A stretch of DNA of 64,000 bases from a candidate division FCPU426 bacterium (GTDB lineage: Bacteria > Oederibacteriota > Muellerivitia > Muellerivitales > Muellerivitaceae). The notes under the pieces were generated by a model. The model was not told where the DNA came from. It worked only from the letters and a program-made list of their open reading frames with translations, and did not search any database. Of the stretch, positions 46,807 to 58,400 are shown in pieces. The stretch covers positions 96,001 to 160,000 of the forward strand of contig CAWKAR010000045.1 in the NCBI GenBank assembly GCA_963847625.1, in the 5' to 3' direction. The position numbers and the translations under genes are program-made. Numbering within the stretch: position 1 is the first letter of the stretch; each line of letters opens with the position of its first letter.

Positions 46807-47895
46807 TCAGTGGTTTTTCTGGATTAACAAGAGGGGCCCGCCAATCGCGAAGATGATGTTCATAGTCCACATGGAAAAGAAAGGCGTCAGGAACCCAGAG
46901 TATCCCAATTCCTCCCCGATTTGCATACCTCCCAGATAGAAAAAAGCTACCAAGATACAAATGCCCAAGCTGAATATCACCCCGCTGTATTTCCCCATGC
47001 TCCATCCCCAGGGCACCCCGAGAATAGCTAGAATGACACAACCGAACGGGAAAGCCAGTTTTTTATGGAGGATGACCAATTCCTTGTGACAATCCGACCC
47101 GTTACGTTTGAGTTGCCGGATATAGGTAATCAATTCGGCGAGGTTGAGTTCGCCCGCTTCTTTTTGTTCCTTCAGGAAATCCGATGGCTTTTCCGGGAGA
47201 TCAAAGGGCCTTCGATCGAAGGGCTCTGCAGTAACTTCGGAATCCGAATCGTTGAAAGCCCGGAAATATCCATCGTAAAAAACCCAACGGCCCGACTCGT
47301 ATTTGGCACTTTTGGCGTCAATCCTCGATTTCAAGTGAACGCCAGAGTCGAATTCCAAGACCAGGACATCCTTCATCGTTTGGGTTGTCCCGTCGAAAGA
47401 GCCGAGGTGGTAGATTTGGTTGTCGGCGCCCCTCAAGGAAATGTTTTGGCGGTAGGTGGCCAAGGAAGCTTCGGGTTGTTTCTCGATTTCCACTATTTTC
47501 GCGTGATGCATCATTCGGGAAGTCTTGGGAACGACGATTTCATCAAAAACCACACTGATCAGGCAGACCGTTAAACCGCAGAAAAACAAAGGTATGGCGA
47601 CCATGAAGATATGGACACCCCCGGCGCGCATGGCTAACAGCTCATTGGTCTTAGCCAATCCTCCCAACGCGAAAAGCACCGCGAATAAAACCGCCAATGG
47701 AATGATTCGTATCAAAAGCTCGGGAATCTGTAGGGAAAAGTATTTAATTGCCAGGAAGATCCCCGGCTTATGATCCATGATGAGCTTCATGTCATTGAAG
47801 ACCTGGATGATGAGGATGACTACCGAGAAAAACAACAGGGCCATGATAAAGGGTTTTAAAAACTCCTTGAGAATATAACGGGTAATGATTTTCAT
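46807..47895 (-). CDS. lptG: LPS export ABC permease (LptG-like)
   Basis: MKIITRYIL, NELLAMRAGG, three TMs plus a periplasmic domain plus three TMs, HKKLAFPF. Confidence 0.88.
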   Translation of the reverse strand: MKIITRYILKEFLKPFIMALLFFSVVILIIQVFNDMKLIMDHKPGIFLAIKYFSLQIPELLIRIIPLAVLFAVLFALGGLAKTNELLAMRAGGVHIFMVAIPLFFCGLTVCLISVVFDEIVVPKTSRMMHHAKIVEIEKQPEASLATYRQNISLRGADNQIYHLGSFDGTTQTMKDVLVLEFDSGVHLKSRIDAKSAKYESGRWVFYDGYFRAFNDSDSEVTAEPFDRRPFDLPEKPSDFLKEQKEAGELNLAELITYIRQLKRNGSDCHKELVILHKKLAFPFGCVILAILGVPWGWSMGKYSGVIFSLGICILVAFFYLGGMQIGEELGYSGFLTPFFSMWTMNIIFAIGGPLLLIQKNH

Positions 47896-47994
47896 GATCC
47901 GGCCTCGGTGTTCGGACAGGCCTGAGGTGAAAGCCGATCTTTACCAAATGACAGCATTGCTGCGACCGGGTTTAATCGTTTATTGCTCATGTTT

Positions 47995-49146
47995 TTAACC
48001 CATCCCAGTTTTCCTGAGGCCAGTGGGGTTCCATCGGAATTTAAACGCCGAGTGCTCGTTGACCACAAGGTAATAAAGCAGGAAACCCGTTAAGGCGATA
48101 AAACCGTTGGCCCACCAAAGGCCCAAATAGGGGCTGACGGAACCCCTCTGGCTGAGGATTTCACCTAGGAAAAACATGAGGTAATAAAGGAAAATCATCA
48201 CAATCCCCAGGACGAAGGCGATGAAACCTTTAGACCGGACCCAGAGACCCAGGGGGGCGCATAACCAAGTGAGCGCCAGGCATGCGAAGGGAAGAGAAAG
48301 TCTTTTTTGATATTCCACCCGGACATTGTTCCGCCGGGTTTCGTCGGTGGTTCGGTTAATTTCCTGGGAAAGCTCGGTCAAATTCATTTCTTCGAAATCT
48401 TTTTTCACGTCGGCCAAATGGGCCAATTGGTTTTCCAACTTGAGCCGGATGACGTATTGATCGAAATAGAGCCGGTTGTAGGTGTTGTAATTGGCGTTGT
48501 TCCAGGTCATAACCCCGTCATGAAGCTGGAAGAAGATCTGGAAGCCCTTTGGATCGTTGACCAAGTTTCCGGTCTTGGCCAGGGTGGTTTGGAGTGGATT
48601 CTGGGGGGAAAATCGGCTGAACATTTTCACGTTCGAGAAATTCCCATCCGGATCCTGTTGGTCGATGAAAAATTGATACCCCTCGAAAAGGTCGATAAAA
48701 ACCCGTTCCCGGATGGCGACATTGGCTCGGTTTTGTATGATTTTATAATGGATTTTTTTGAATGTGGAATTGGCTGCAGGGAGGACCTTGTGGTTGAAGA
48801 ATATCATGACACCGGTCATGACCATCCCGAATAGGAGGACCGGGCCAATCAATCGGAATAAATGGACCCCGCTGCTCTTGAAGGCTGTGACTTCCATATC
48901 GGAGCTCATGCGGCCGAAATTCAGGAGGGTGGCCATCATCAAGGACATGGGGACTGTCAGGGACAGGACAAAGGGGATTAAGCTTACGTAAAGAAGCAGG
49001 ATGTCCGTCAGGGGAACCTTCTTGTTTACGAATAAGTCCAAAAGCAAAAAAACTTTATTAGTCATAAAAATAAAGGTCAAAATAAACACGCAAAGCGCAA
49101 AAGGGGGCAACGTTTCTTTGAGGACATAGAGGTAAACCGTTTTCAA
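47995..49146 (-). CDS. lptF: LPS export ABC permease (LptF-like)
   Basis: YVLKE, TVPMS, GRMSSDMEVTAFKSSG, EYQKRLSLPF; upstream of lptG. Confidence 0.88.
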   Translation of the reverse strand: MKTVYLYVLKETLPPFALCVFILTFIFMTNKVFLLLDLFVNKKVPLTDILLLYVSLIPFVLSLTVPMSLMMATLLNFGRMSSDMEVTAFKSSGVHLFRLIGPVLLFGMVMTGVMIFFNHKVLPAANSTFKKIHYKIIQNRANVAIRERVFIDLFEGYQFFIDQQDPDGNFSNVKMFSRFSPQNPLQTTLAKTGNLVNDPKGFQIFFQLHDGVMTWNNANYNTYNRLYFDQYVIRLKLENQLAHLADVKKDFEEMNLTELSQEINRTTDETRRNNVRVEYQKRLSLPFACLALTWLCAPLGLWVRSKGFIAFVLGIVMIFLYYLMFFLGEILSQRGSVSPYLGLWWANGFIALTGFLLYYLVVNEHSAFKFRWNPTGLRKTGMG

Positions 49147-49447
49147 GCTGGAACCTTTGGGTTATTTTTCGGCAGTATAACCCGCTTTTTCGAGTTTGTA
49201 ACCCGTTGGTCAAGCCGATACGTCAAAAGGAAAACAGGAAATAACTTTTTTTGTTAGAAAAAATTGTTTTTAATTACTTTTCCACTTAGGGTTTAACGAG
49301 AAGAACATCACGTTTTTCCATCGCCATCATGTTCTTTTTGCGGCCGTTTCCTCCCATTGGGCCCTTGTAAACGACAGTTGGGTCTTTGGAAACGTCCTTT
49401 TAGACTTTGAATTAATGGCTGGATTTTGAAGAAGATAAAATAGTTTT

Positions 49448-52400
49448 ATGGGGAATTTCCTTGATTTTCTTTTACCCTCGCCACGACGGGATGGGGACAA
49501 AAAAATGAGATTTATCACCTTACCTCGGCTCCTTTTCCGGCGGGTTAGGAATAGATTCATTTTCCAACGATTTCTTCGGGTTAATCCAAAACCATCCGCT
49601 TCAATTTCACACTATTTCTTTGGCTTTTTTACCTTGAGTTTAGGCTTCTTTTTAATGTTTGCCCGCCCCTCCCAGGGATGGGGACAGGACGCTGTCGACA
49701 AGGTAGTTCCTTCACCTACATCGGTTATGAACGGATCATCGGCCACCTCCATTTTAGCGCCCCTCACCACGGGTCAGGAAATCCAAATCTTGGAATCCAT
49801 CGATGCCCAGTCCAATACCTCCCCGCCGAGTTCCGGAAAAACCCTTACTTCGGGCTCTCCCACTTTATCGGCGTCCACTTCAGGGCAGGCTCAAGGGAGT
49901 GTCGTCTCCCCAGCGGAAACAGCCGGGAACACCAGTACCCCTGCTGCGGTGAATTTAGGGTCTCCTCCAGCGCCGGTAGGCTTAAACGCACTCATTCTAA
50001 AGGAGGGAGTTTATCTTTCTTGGAATTCGGCTATTCCTGGTTCCTCCGTGGTCGGCTACAACGTCTACCGGTCGGATAAACCGGGAAACGGTTACCGTAT
50101 GGTTAACATGAAACCTCTGGCGGTTGCCAATTTTCTGGATGGACCCCCAAACAGCCTGGACCCGCCCCGAAACGGGGAGACTTATTTTTACGTGGTCGCC
50201 TCCATCGACGGGCAGGGGAACGTGAGCCCCTATTCGGAGGAAATCTCGGCCCAGCCACAGGGTATGCAATACGCAGCCGCTACCGAGGAAGCCACGCCAA
50301 CTCCGACTCCAGCGAAGGAGGAGGAAAAGATCCTGAACATCCCCGAAAACAAGCTTGTCAATCTGCAGTTGCCTGCGGACACCCAGCTTTCCATACAGGG
50401 CTACAAGAAAATCGAGGTGCAACTTGGCTTCCAGAAATACAACCGTCCCGCCCTGAACGGTGTCAGCGCGGAACAGGACACCCAGTTGGTCAACCAGGAA
50501 TTAGTGGTGAACCTGGACGGAAAAGTTGGGAAAAACGTGGATGTTCACGTGGACTACAGCGACGTCAACCGGGCCGGGGGCGTGGACCAGAGCAAGCAGG
50601 AAATTTCAATAGCCTACCATGGCGACGAAAACAGCCCAGTACAGGAAGTGGATTTCGGCGACCTTCAACTCCTGCTTCCCAACACCGAATTCGCGGGTTT
50701 CAGCAAACAGCTATTCGGGCTCCAGGCTAAATTGAAATTCGACAATTTCAAGATGACCACTTTTTTCGCGCAGACAAAGGGAATTTCCGAGACGAAAGTT
50801 TTCACGGGGAACTCATCCCAGATCGACAAAACCTACAACGACATCGATTACATCCGGCAAAAGTATTATCTTTTGACGAAAAGGCCCTACCACAACGGTT
50901 CCACGACCATCAGCACGGCCGACCTGCCCAAACCCAACTCGGAGCAAATTTGGGTCAATCCCAGCAACGGTTCTCCTCCCATCAATTCCCCCCCGAATTT
51001 CATTAACACTTTTGAGCGCTGGCTCCCAGGACGGGATTATACCGTCGACTATACAACCGGGATCATCACTTTCATCCGGGGCCTTTCCAGCACGGCCCAG
51101 ATCGCCGTGGGTTACGATGACCAAGCCGGGGTCACATACGGCCTAAATAATGCCGGCATGACTGCCGCGCTAGCTTATCCTGTTTCCTTGATGAGCCCCG
51201 AAGGAATCCTCGATCAAGATTCCAACGGAAATGTCGATCACCGGTATTTTCTCATAAAAAACAACGACAACACCACCAGCCCCTTTTATATGGTGGACTA
51301 TTACGACTTGGGCCATGACAAAATCATACCGCCGAATCAAGACCCGAATTTCATTTTCGAGATCATTGACGCGGGGAACAGCAACGTCATACAGGAGATG
51401 TCCAATGGGCCGGTCAGCTATTTTATCAACCAGGACCTGAACCTCCTGACCGTTTACAACACCCACAACAGTTCTGTGTCCTACACCACCACTTCCAACG
51501 GGACGCCTGTCACGACGACGGGGAATTTCATGGAAAGAGCCTTCGTGGACTCGACTGATCCCTCATTGGGAACCAGCATCAACGGCATCTATAACGAGAC
51601 CACTGTCCCCACCAGCTTGAGGAGAATCCATATCCGGTATAAAACCCAGTTGAATTTTTATTCCCTGAACCGCTTTAACATCATCAAGGCCAGCGAGGCG
51701 GTCTACCTGGACGGCAGGCGCTTGCGCCGGGACGTGGATTACACCATCGACTATACCTCCGGCTTCCTGGACTTTGTGGACAAGAGTATTCTCAGGACCG
51801 ACAGCCAGGTGGTGGTGACCTACGAGTACTCGCCCTTCGGTTCCTTTGCTCAGGAGAATATCCTGGGCGCCCGGGCCGAGTACGACCTCACGGATCATTT
51901 TTTCGTGGGTTCGACCTTCCTTTACAGTTCCACCCAGACACCCATCGATCAGCCCCAGATCGGTTCCACCCCGAATTCCCTGACCCTATTGGACGCGGAC
52001 GCCAAGTACGACCTCGGGCCGGAGGATGTCCAATCGCTCACCGGTTTGCTCCCAGGTCTGGCGGACTGGAAACCACCCGTAGCCGTGAAATTGTCGGGGG
52101 AAGTCGCCGACAGCATTTTCGACCCCGACACCTACAACGCAGAGGGGGAAACGGGCGTGGCCATGGTCGACAGCATGGAAGGCATCGACAACGTGATCGG
52201 CCCCACCATAAACGCCACCAATTGGATTGTTTCCTCCCCCCCCCAGTCCGTACCGGCTTTTTTGGGAAACGTCACTTACAATGGAAGCAATGATCCCACA
52301 AGTAACAACCGCATCCGTTTTTATGCCAATGACAACGCTGTTACTGGATACTTGGGAACTCTTCCGGCAACGTTTACAGGGATCAATGGGGCCGGAGGGC

Positions 52401-55400
52401 ATCTTTACTCGCAGACGCAGAACGCGACCGATGAAATACCGGTGATGGTTTTTCCCTATGCGAACCTCACGAACCAAAGATGGGCTGGTGTCCGTCAAAT
52501 CCTCTCTACCTCGGGGGAGGACCTTTCAACCACCACCTTTCTCCAAACCTGGATCTACAACGACAACACAAGTGATGACAAATGGATCATGTTGGATTTT
52601 GGGATCATGAATGAAAGCGTGAACGGTGCCGCAACCATTCAAAATGAATGGGTGACCGCCGGATCTGGGGCGGTTACAAACGGCGATTTTGGGATTCCGA
52701 CTTTTTATTTGGGTACAGGTACGCCACTATTGCAACCTGTTTGCGGGCCAGGCAGTAATAATAATTTCCCATCAGAAACCTCCACCCAAGAAGGAGCTAG
52801 AAACGGAGTTGTGGATACGACGGACATCAACAATGACGGTGTCCTGGAAGATAACGACCAATATTTTGAGTACGGAATCCGGGCGAACTGGTACGGCTGG
52901 AAGCTGGTCAAGATCCCCGTCAATTTTGCAGCCTCACCCGGTTCAAATACTACCGACCAAGGTATCGATTATTTTTACAATGTCGTCGGGGCCGCCAGTT
53001 CATCCTTAATCCGGCAGATTCGATTATGGGTGACGGGGGCGAGCCCTTCCGCGGTTTCAGGTTATTTCCTCGTGGACAGCATCGGCTTTACCCATAACCT
53101 TTGGCAGGACCAGGTGGACCCGAACGCCAACCTTTACCAGGGGGTGACGGTCAACACCTCCAAATTCGACGCGACTTCTATCAGCCAGACCCAGGATTCC
53201 GGGTACGTGCCCACGCAAAGATTTATTGTCCTCCAGGAAGGCCAGAACCAAAACACCGTGCTTGAAAATGAAAAATCACTCAGGATCACTTACAACCTTT
53301 CCACGGCGGACCAGTACAACGGGGAACCGGCTTATTACTGCACACGTTCCTTCGGACAAGGGGTGGATTTCACGGACTACCAGAATTTGGCCTTCGACCT
53401 TTATATCCGGACACCCCAGGTAAACCCCGGGGATATTCTGTTTATTCGGCTGGCCAACGACTCCCTGGATTATTACCAATTCAACGTGCCGCTTAAAACT
53501 GCCTACGTTGGAAACTGGAACCCGATTTCCCTGGCCCTGGACGGCTCCCAAGGAAACCGCCAAACGGTGGGCACCCCCTTCATCAACCGCACGGCCCAGA
53601 TTTCAATCGGGATCCTCTCACCCAACCCGGTCCCGGGCGGAACCAAGGAATTGTGGATCAACAACTTGCGGACCAACAACCCCAACCAGAGGTCGGGCTT
53701 GGCCCGGCGGGCCAATGCGGCGGTCATACTCGGCGATAACTTCGCCACCCTCAACGGCCGTTACCGTGAAGTGGACTCCGGCTTCACCGAAATGGACCAG
53801 ACCTCCACCCATTTCCAGCATTCCACACAATTGGGGGCGGATTATTCATCCGGCGGGATCAAGCTTTTCGGCCAACCCCTGGCGACCCAAGCCTCCTACA
53901 CCGTCCAGGACCTCACTACCGAGCAGGACCTGCTTCAAAACCCTTACTACAGCGCATTGCCGGATACCCGCACGCAGAACGCCACGGGCAGCATCAGCTA
54001 CACCAAGGACCTGGGGGCCTCCTATGGGAAAATAACCAACCTCCGACTTTCCGCCAGTTCCAACAACGAGGTCGATGTTTACCAACCCGCCTACCTGACC
54101 CAGCCCGGAATCCAGGGCGATACCACCAAGGCGGATCAAACCTACACCCTGGCTTCCACCTACGACGCCCCACTCAAGTTATTAAATTTCCCCATCGGGA
54201 CCAACCAATTGAACGGGACCTATACCTTGACTCACGATACGCAGGAATTCGGTTTCGACACCTACGCCCCTTACGACCGGACGACCAAGGTTCAAACCTA
54301 CGGTTGGATCAACACCACCGAGATCCTCAAGAACCTCGTGTTTACCCCCGGTTACACCTTCTCGGAAACGGATGCGAAGGGCAACACGAACTCGCCCGGG
54401 GTTCCGGGCGGAGTGGATAATTACACCAACTTCCAGGACCGGTACCAGCCGAAAGCGGGCCTGGTTTTCCGTGGTATTCCTGGCATGATCCCCTCGGTAG
54501 ATTATTCCGGAAGCAACCAGTATGATTTCGAATCCTTTTCCGATGGGCCCCGTTTCAACAACGCCAATAATTTCAACAGCTCCCTGAATATGACCCCGGG
54601 CTCTTGGCTGCCATTGTTTCAAAAAATGAACCTGACAGTGTTCGCCGGTTTGACGGAAAGCGCCACTTCCTCGGTGCCGGATTACACCCTTCTTCCCACC
54701 CCACTCACTTTCAGCCAAAAATGGCTCATTAACCCGCCCTTCGGCGTCGCCCTAAACGCCACCGAGTCCACCACCAAGCAGTTGAACATGAGCTTTAAAC
54801 TTTTTGATGTCTGGGACGTTAAACCCACTGGGTCCTGGACGAACCAACTTAGCCTTCTTTCCCGGGGTTCCAACCCCGTTTCACAAGAGGGTAGGACGCT
54901 GGGAGGAACCACCGTTTTCAACCATACGATCCTCGCGGTGCCCCTCATCAAATTCAACTTAACCTCCGCCCAATTCCAGTACACCCATACCGAGAATACC
55001 CAGTACGACAGCAGCGGCTCGGGCCTGCCTTCCAACCAAACCTACAGCGACCTCTATTCCGTCACCTTGCCCTACGACATCAACAAGAAGGCGCAAGGCA
55101 ACTTCCACTACCAATTGACCGAGGGGCTTCAAAATACCAGCGGCTTGAATACCACACAGCACGATGAACTGTTCTCGGTGGAATACGACCAGAAATTCCT
55201 TGAAAACCAGTTTCTCCATATTCCCTTCACCAACTGGAAAATAAAATTCACCCAGGCCCTTGAATTCCGGGGCATCTTCACAACCGAATTCATTGACAAT
55301 GAGTCTGCCTACACCGTCAACGAACTCAAGACCCAGCGTTATCGTGGCCAAATCGACCTCAATTACAACGCCTTGAAAAATTTACGCGTTGGGATCAGCA

Positions 55401-55489
55401 CGGCGTACGAGAATTTAACCAATACCTATAACACCTACCTGGGGTATAGTTTGATTCAAGTCAATATTTCCGCCGAGGCGCGGTTTTGA
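49448..55489 (+). CDS. Giant outer-membrane protein, SprA/Sov-like (T9SS translocon-like), with an N-terminal Fn3 domain; start uncertain
   Basis: Ordered SprA-like blocks: LFGLQAKLKF, FNII-SE-V-LDGRRL--DVDYTIDY-SG, LGARAEY, GEVA...G-AMVDSMEG, DTTDIN-DG-L----QYFEY, WKLVKIPV, IRLWVTG, NEKSL, FIRLA-D--DYYQF-VPL, ELWINNLR. Beta-strand-rich C-terminus ending in Phe. Confidence 0.78.
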   Translation: MGNFLDFLLPSPRRDGDKKMRFITLPRLLFRRVRNRFIFQRFLRVNPKPSASISHYFFGFFTLSLGFFLMFARPSQGWGQDAVDKVVPSPTSVMNGSSATSILAPLTTGQEIQILESIDAQSNTSPPSSGKTLTSGSPTLSASTSGQAQGSVVSPAETAGNTSTPAAVNLGSPPAPVGLNALILKEGVYLSWNSAIPGSSVVGYNVYRSDKPGNGYRMVNMKPLAVANFLDGPPNSLDPPRNGETYFYVVASIDGQGNVSPYSEEISAQPQGMQYAAATEEATPTPTPAKEEEKILNIPENKLVNLQLPADTQLSIQGYKKIEVQLGFQKYNRPALNGVSAEQDTQLVNQELVVNLDGKVGKNVDVHVDYSDVNRAGGVDQSKQEISIAYHGDENSPVQEVDFGDLQLLLPNTEFAGFSKQLFGLQAKLKFDNFKMTTFFAQTKGISETKVFTGNSSQIDKTYNDIDYIRQKYYLLTKRPYHNGSTTISTADLPKPNSEQIWVNPSNGSPPINSPPNFINTFERWLPGRDYTVDYTTGIITFIRGLSSTAQIAVGYDDQAGVTYGLNNAGMTAALAYPVSLMSPEGILDQDSNGNVDHRYFLIKNNDNTTSPFYMVDYYDLGHDKIIPPNQDPNFIFEIIDAGNSNVIQEMSNGPVSYFINQDLNLLTVYNTHNSSVSYTTTSNGTPVTTTGNFMERAFVDSTDPSLGTSINGIYNETTVPTSLRRIHIRYKTQLNFYSLNRFNIIKASEAVYLDGRRLRRDVDYTIDYTSGFLDFVDKSILRTDSQVVVTYEYSPFGSFAQENILGARAEYDLTDHFFVGSTFLYSSTQTPIDQPQIGSTPNSLTLLDADAKYDLGPEDVQSLTGLLPGLADWKPPVAVKLSGEVADSIFDPDTYNAEGETGVAMVDSMEGIDNVIGPTINATNWIVSSPPQSVPAFLGNVTYNGSNDPTSNNRIRFYANDNAVTGYLGTLPATFTGINGAGGHLYSQTQNATDEIPVMVFPYANLTNQRWAGVRQILSTSGEDLSTTTFLQTWIYNDNTSDDKWIMLDFGIMNESVNGAATIQNEWVTAGSGAVTNGDFGIPTFYLGTGTPLLQPVCGPGSNNNFPSETSTQEGARNGVVDTTDINNDGVLEDNDQYFEYGIRANWYGWKLVKIPVNFAASPGSNTTDQGIDYFYNVVGAASSSLIRQIRLWVTGASPSAVSGYFLVDSIGFTHNLWQDQVDPNANLYQGVTVNTSKFDATSISQTQDSGYVPTQRFIVLQEGQNQNTVLENEKSLRITYNLSTADQYNGEPAYYCTRSFGQGVDFTDYQNLAFDLYIRTPQVNPGDILFIRLANDSLDYYQFNVPLKTAYVGNWNPISLALDGSQGNRQTVGTPFINRTAQISIGILSPNPVPGGTKELWINNLRTNNPNQRSGLARRANAAVILGDNFATLNGRYREVDSGFTEMDQTSTHFQHSTQLGADYSSGGIKLFGQPLATQASYTVQDLTTEQDLLQNPYYSALPDTRTQNATGSISYTKDLGASYGKITNLRLSASSNNEVDVYQPAYLTQPGIQGDTTKADQTYTLASTYDAPLKLLNFPIGTNQLNGTYTLTHDTQEFGFDTYAPYDRTTKVQTYGWINTTEILKNLVFTPGYTFSETDAKGNTNSPGVPGGVDNYTNFQDRYQPKAGLVFRGIPGMIPSVDYSGSNQYDFESFSDGPRFNNANNFNSSLNMTPGSWLPLFQKMNLTVFAGLTESATSSVPDYTLLPTPLTFSQKWLINPPFGVALNATESTTKQLNMSFKLFDVWDVKPTGSWTNQLSLLSRGSNPVSQEGRTLGGTTVFNHTILAVPLIKFNLTSAQFQYTHTENTQYDSSGSGLPSNQTYSDLYSVTLPYDINKKAQGNFHYQLTEGLQNTSGLNTTQHDELFSVEYDQKFLENQFLHIPFTNWKIKFTQALEFRGIFTTEFIDNESAYTVNELKTQRYRGQIDLNYNALKNLRVGISTAYENLTNTYNTYLGYSLIQVNISAEARF

Positions 55490-58400
55490 AAAAGGGAACT
55501 GCGATGGATTTGAGACCACATAATATGGTTGAAAGGCAACTACGCCCTTTATCCGGAAGGTGGGAATCATGGGTTAAGATATTTTTGTTGCTGTTTGTTT
55601 TTCTTGGTTCCCGGGCGCAAGCCCAAGTGCCGACACCGAGTGGATTAACAGCTCTTCCCGGGAACGGGGCTGTTACCCTGGAATGGACACCTATCCCGTC
55701 GCTTTCACCGACCGCTTACTTTATTTACAGGGTCTTGTGCGATGACACACCCACACTTACTCCCACTCCGACGGTTACCCTAAATTCAACGACATCCCTT
55801 ACCAATACCCCCACCTATCCCACATACACACCCACGGAAACCTGCACCGATACGCCGACCCTTGCACCTATCGCCACTGTAGGTCCGGCAACTCCTCCCA
55901 TTTATACCGATTACCAAGTCACTAACGGAAGGTCTTATCTCTACCAAGTCGCGGCGATGGATATTACATTGGGTTCGCCGGCAGCGATAACAATAGTTCC
56001 CTATAGCCTGCCCGAACCAGTGCAGGTTACAGTTCAAAATCTCCATTCCGGCGCGTTGGATTTGTTCTGGGGCATCCCCCTGTCCACATATCCCGTTTCC
56101 ATATACCAGGTATTCAGGTGTTTTGTGGCGACCTCACCGACGGCTACAATAGGAACCCCTGTTAAAGCCAGCCCCACTTTTACACCCACTTCCGTGGCCG
56201 TGTCAGTTGTGTTGTCCACCACTCCCAATCCTATCGCTACCACATCGGAAACCTCCTATTCCGATATATTGACTCCTGCACCAGGAGTTTACTTTTACGT
56301 GGTCCAGGCGGTGGATGTACAGTCAAACCCGGGTTTATTACCAACTTATGCCACTGGCCCTGCAACATTATTGATCAACCTGACTCCCCATCCCCCAATC
56401 TTGACAGGCTATGTTCCGGTTACCCCGACTCCCACATACGGGGTACAACTTTATTGGAACGGCCCTTTGGCTTCAGAGGGAGTAACCGAATACGAGGTCG
56501 ATGTTTTAGTGAACCAAACACCGACCGCCATTGCCACCCTTACAACACTCTCGCCTACCATGAGTTACCTGGATGCATCCATTACCGAAACTAACAATTC
56601 CAGCAATTTCACGACATACCAAGTGAAGGCCTACAATAACTACGGATCCTCCGGGTCAAATGTCATCCAAGCTTACATTCTCAAATCCAATGTTCCTGGT
56701 GGCAATTTTCAGGTCACGCCAGTGGCCACCGCGAATGCGGTAACCTTGAGTTGGAACGATGGAATGCCGGGGACCTATGGATTGGGTGGTTATTGGGTTT
56801 TTAAGGGTTTATACGGATATTCTGGTTTAACCGGGACACCAACTCCCTACGCCTCCATTCTTGCAACCACGACACCGACCCCTGTCTTTGTGGATACCCC
56901 CATCGTCAACCATATGGGTTATTGGGTCCAACCTTTTGACAACGCCCCCATTCCAGTGGGAGGATCGGTTGCCACTTCGACACCGGTTTACCTCAACCTC
57001 GCACCCACCCCAGTGTCGACCGTGAGCGCGGCAACCGTAGCGGGAAGGAATAACCAAATAAGCGTAAGTTGGTCCGGTAATACCGGACCAAGTTTCTTCG
57101 GAGCACCGGCCGATTACGTGATTTACCGTTTTTATCCCACACCAACGCAAACACCAACGCTCTCCATCATTGCCACGGTTGGATTTTCACAAAACAATTA
57201 CACCGACTTTGTAGCGGGAGCGACCCCCGGTTCGCAAGTGGAATACCAAGTGGGAGTGGTGGATGCCTTGGGCAATACTTCCGATTTAACCACCCTATCC
57301 AATCCAGTAACTACAAATTCAAGCCTTGGATTGCCATTGAAACCAGCGGTTTTACCTCTGGCGGGTTCGTCGAACACGTTAGTGTATAGCTGGCTACAGA
57401 ATCCTCTATCGGACCAAGTCGACAATTATTATTTATTTGGCTCGGATTGGCCAACCCTGACCACAACACCAACTCCGGTTACTATCATTCCTGCCACCGC
57501 CACGCCCTCCCCAACTTTGTTCTACTCAAGTTCCGGTAGTAACTGGAACGCATCTTTTAATTATCTTTTAGCCCATAACTCTGTGGGCTACAGTTCGGCA
57601 ACGACTTTATCCGGAATCCCCGTACCGGCATATTCGGTCAGTGCCGCGCCTACGACTGGCCAACAGGTTATGGTTTCATGGAATTTAACCCCTACGCCGA
57701 ATCTTACCCCCGGCGTAGACGCCTTTGAGGTCTACCGTTCCGGTATTTCTGGATCGGATTTCACCCCTGTGGCGACTGTCCCAGTAACCCAATCCTATTT
57801 CATTGATACCAACGTCCAGCCGGCTAATAGCTATTTTTACCGCGTGACCGCCAGGGCGGATGGACCCGCTGGAGAATTAGCTGAAAGCCCGATTTATCCC
57901 ACACCTGTGGCGGAAGCTGGTTTGTTTACTTGGCCCAGCATCCCCGTGGGATTAATCGCCCAAGGCGGGGTGGACCAGACGATCCTCTATTGGGGGTTTA
58001 ATCCATCGGCTGACAACGTCGAAAGCTATTTAATTTATAACAACGGCACTCTAACACCTATTTTGACGGTGATGGCCACGATTTTGCCCACTAGTACATT
58101 TACTCCCTCCTCTCCTACCTCAACCCCCACTATTACCCCGACAACCAATTTGGTCACTCTCATCACCCCGACTCAGACCAATACTCCCAGTCCCACTTCC
58201 ACCGGTTATTACATTTCTCTTCCAGCTACCCCCGGGCTAGATTCGTCTTACGAAATCGTCGCCCAAAACGCACAAGGGTTAAGCACTCCGTCGTATTCTG
58301 CTTCGATTTTATGCCTTCCTGACATCACACCTATCGCAGGATTAACGCCACCTCCTGGATTTGCACCGACACCCAAAGTCACTCCGGCTTATCCGGCAGT

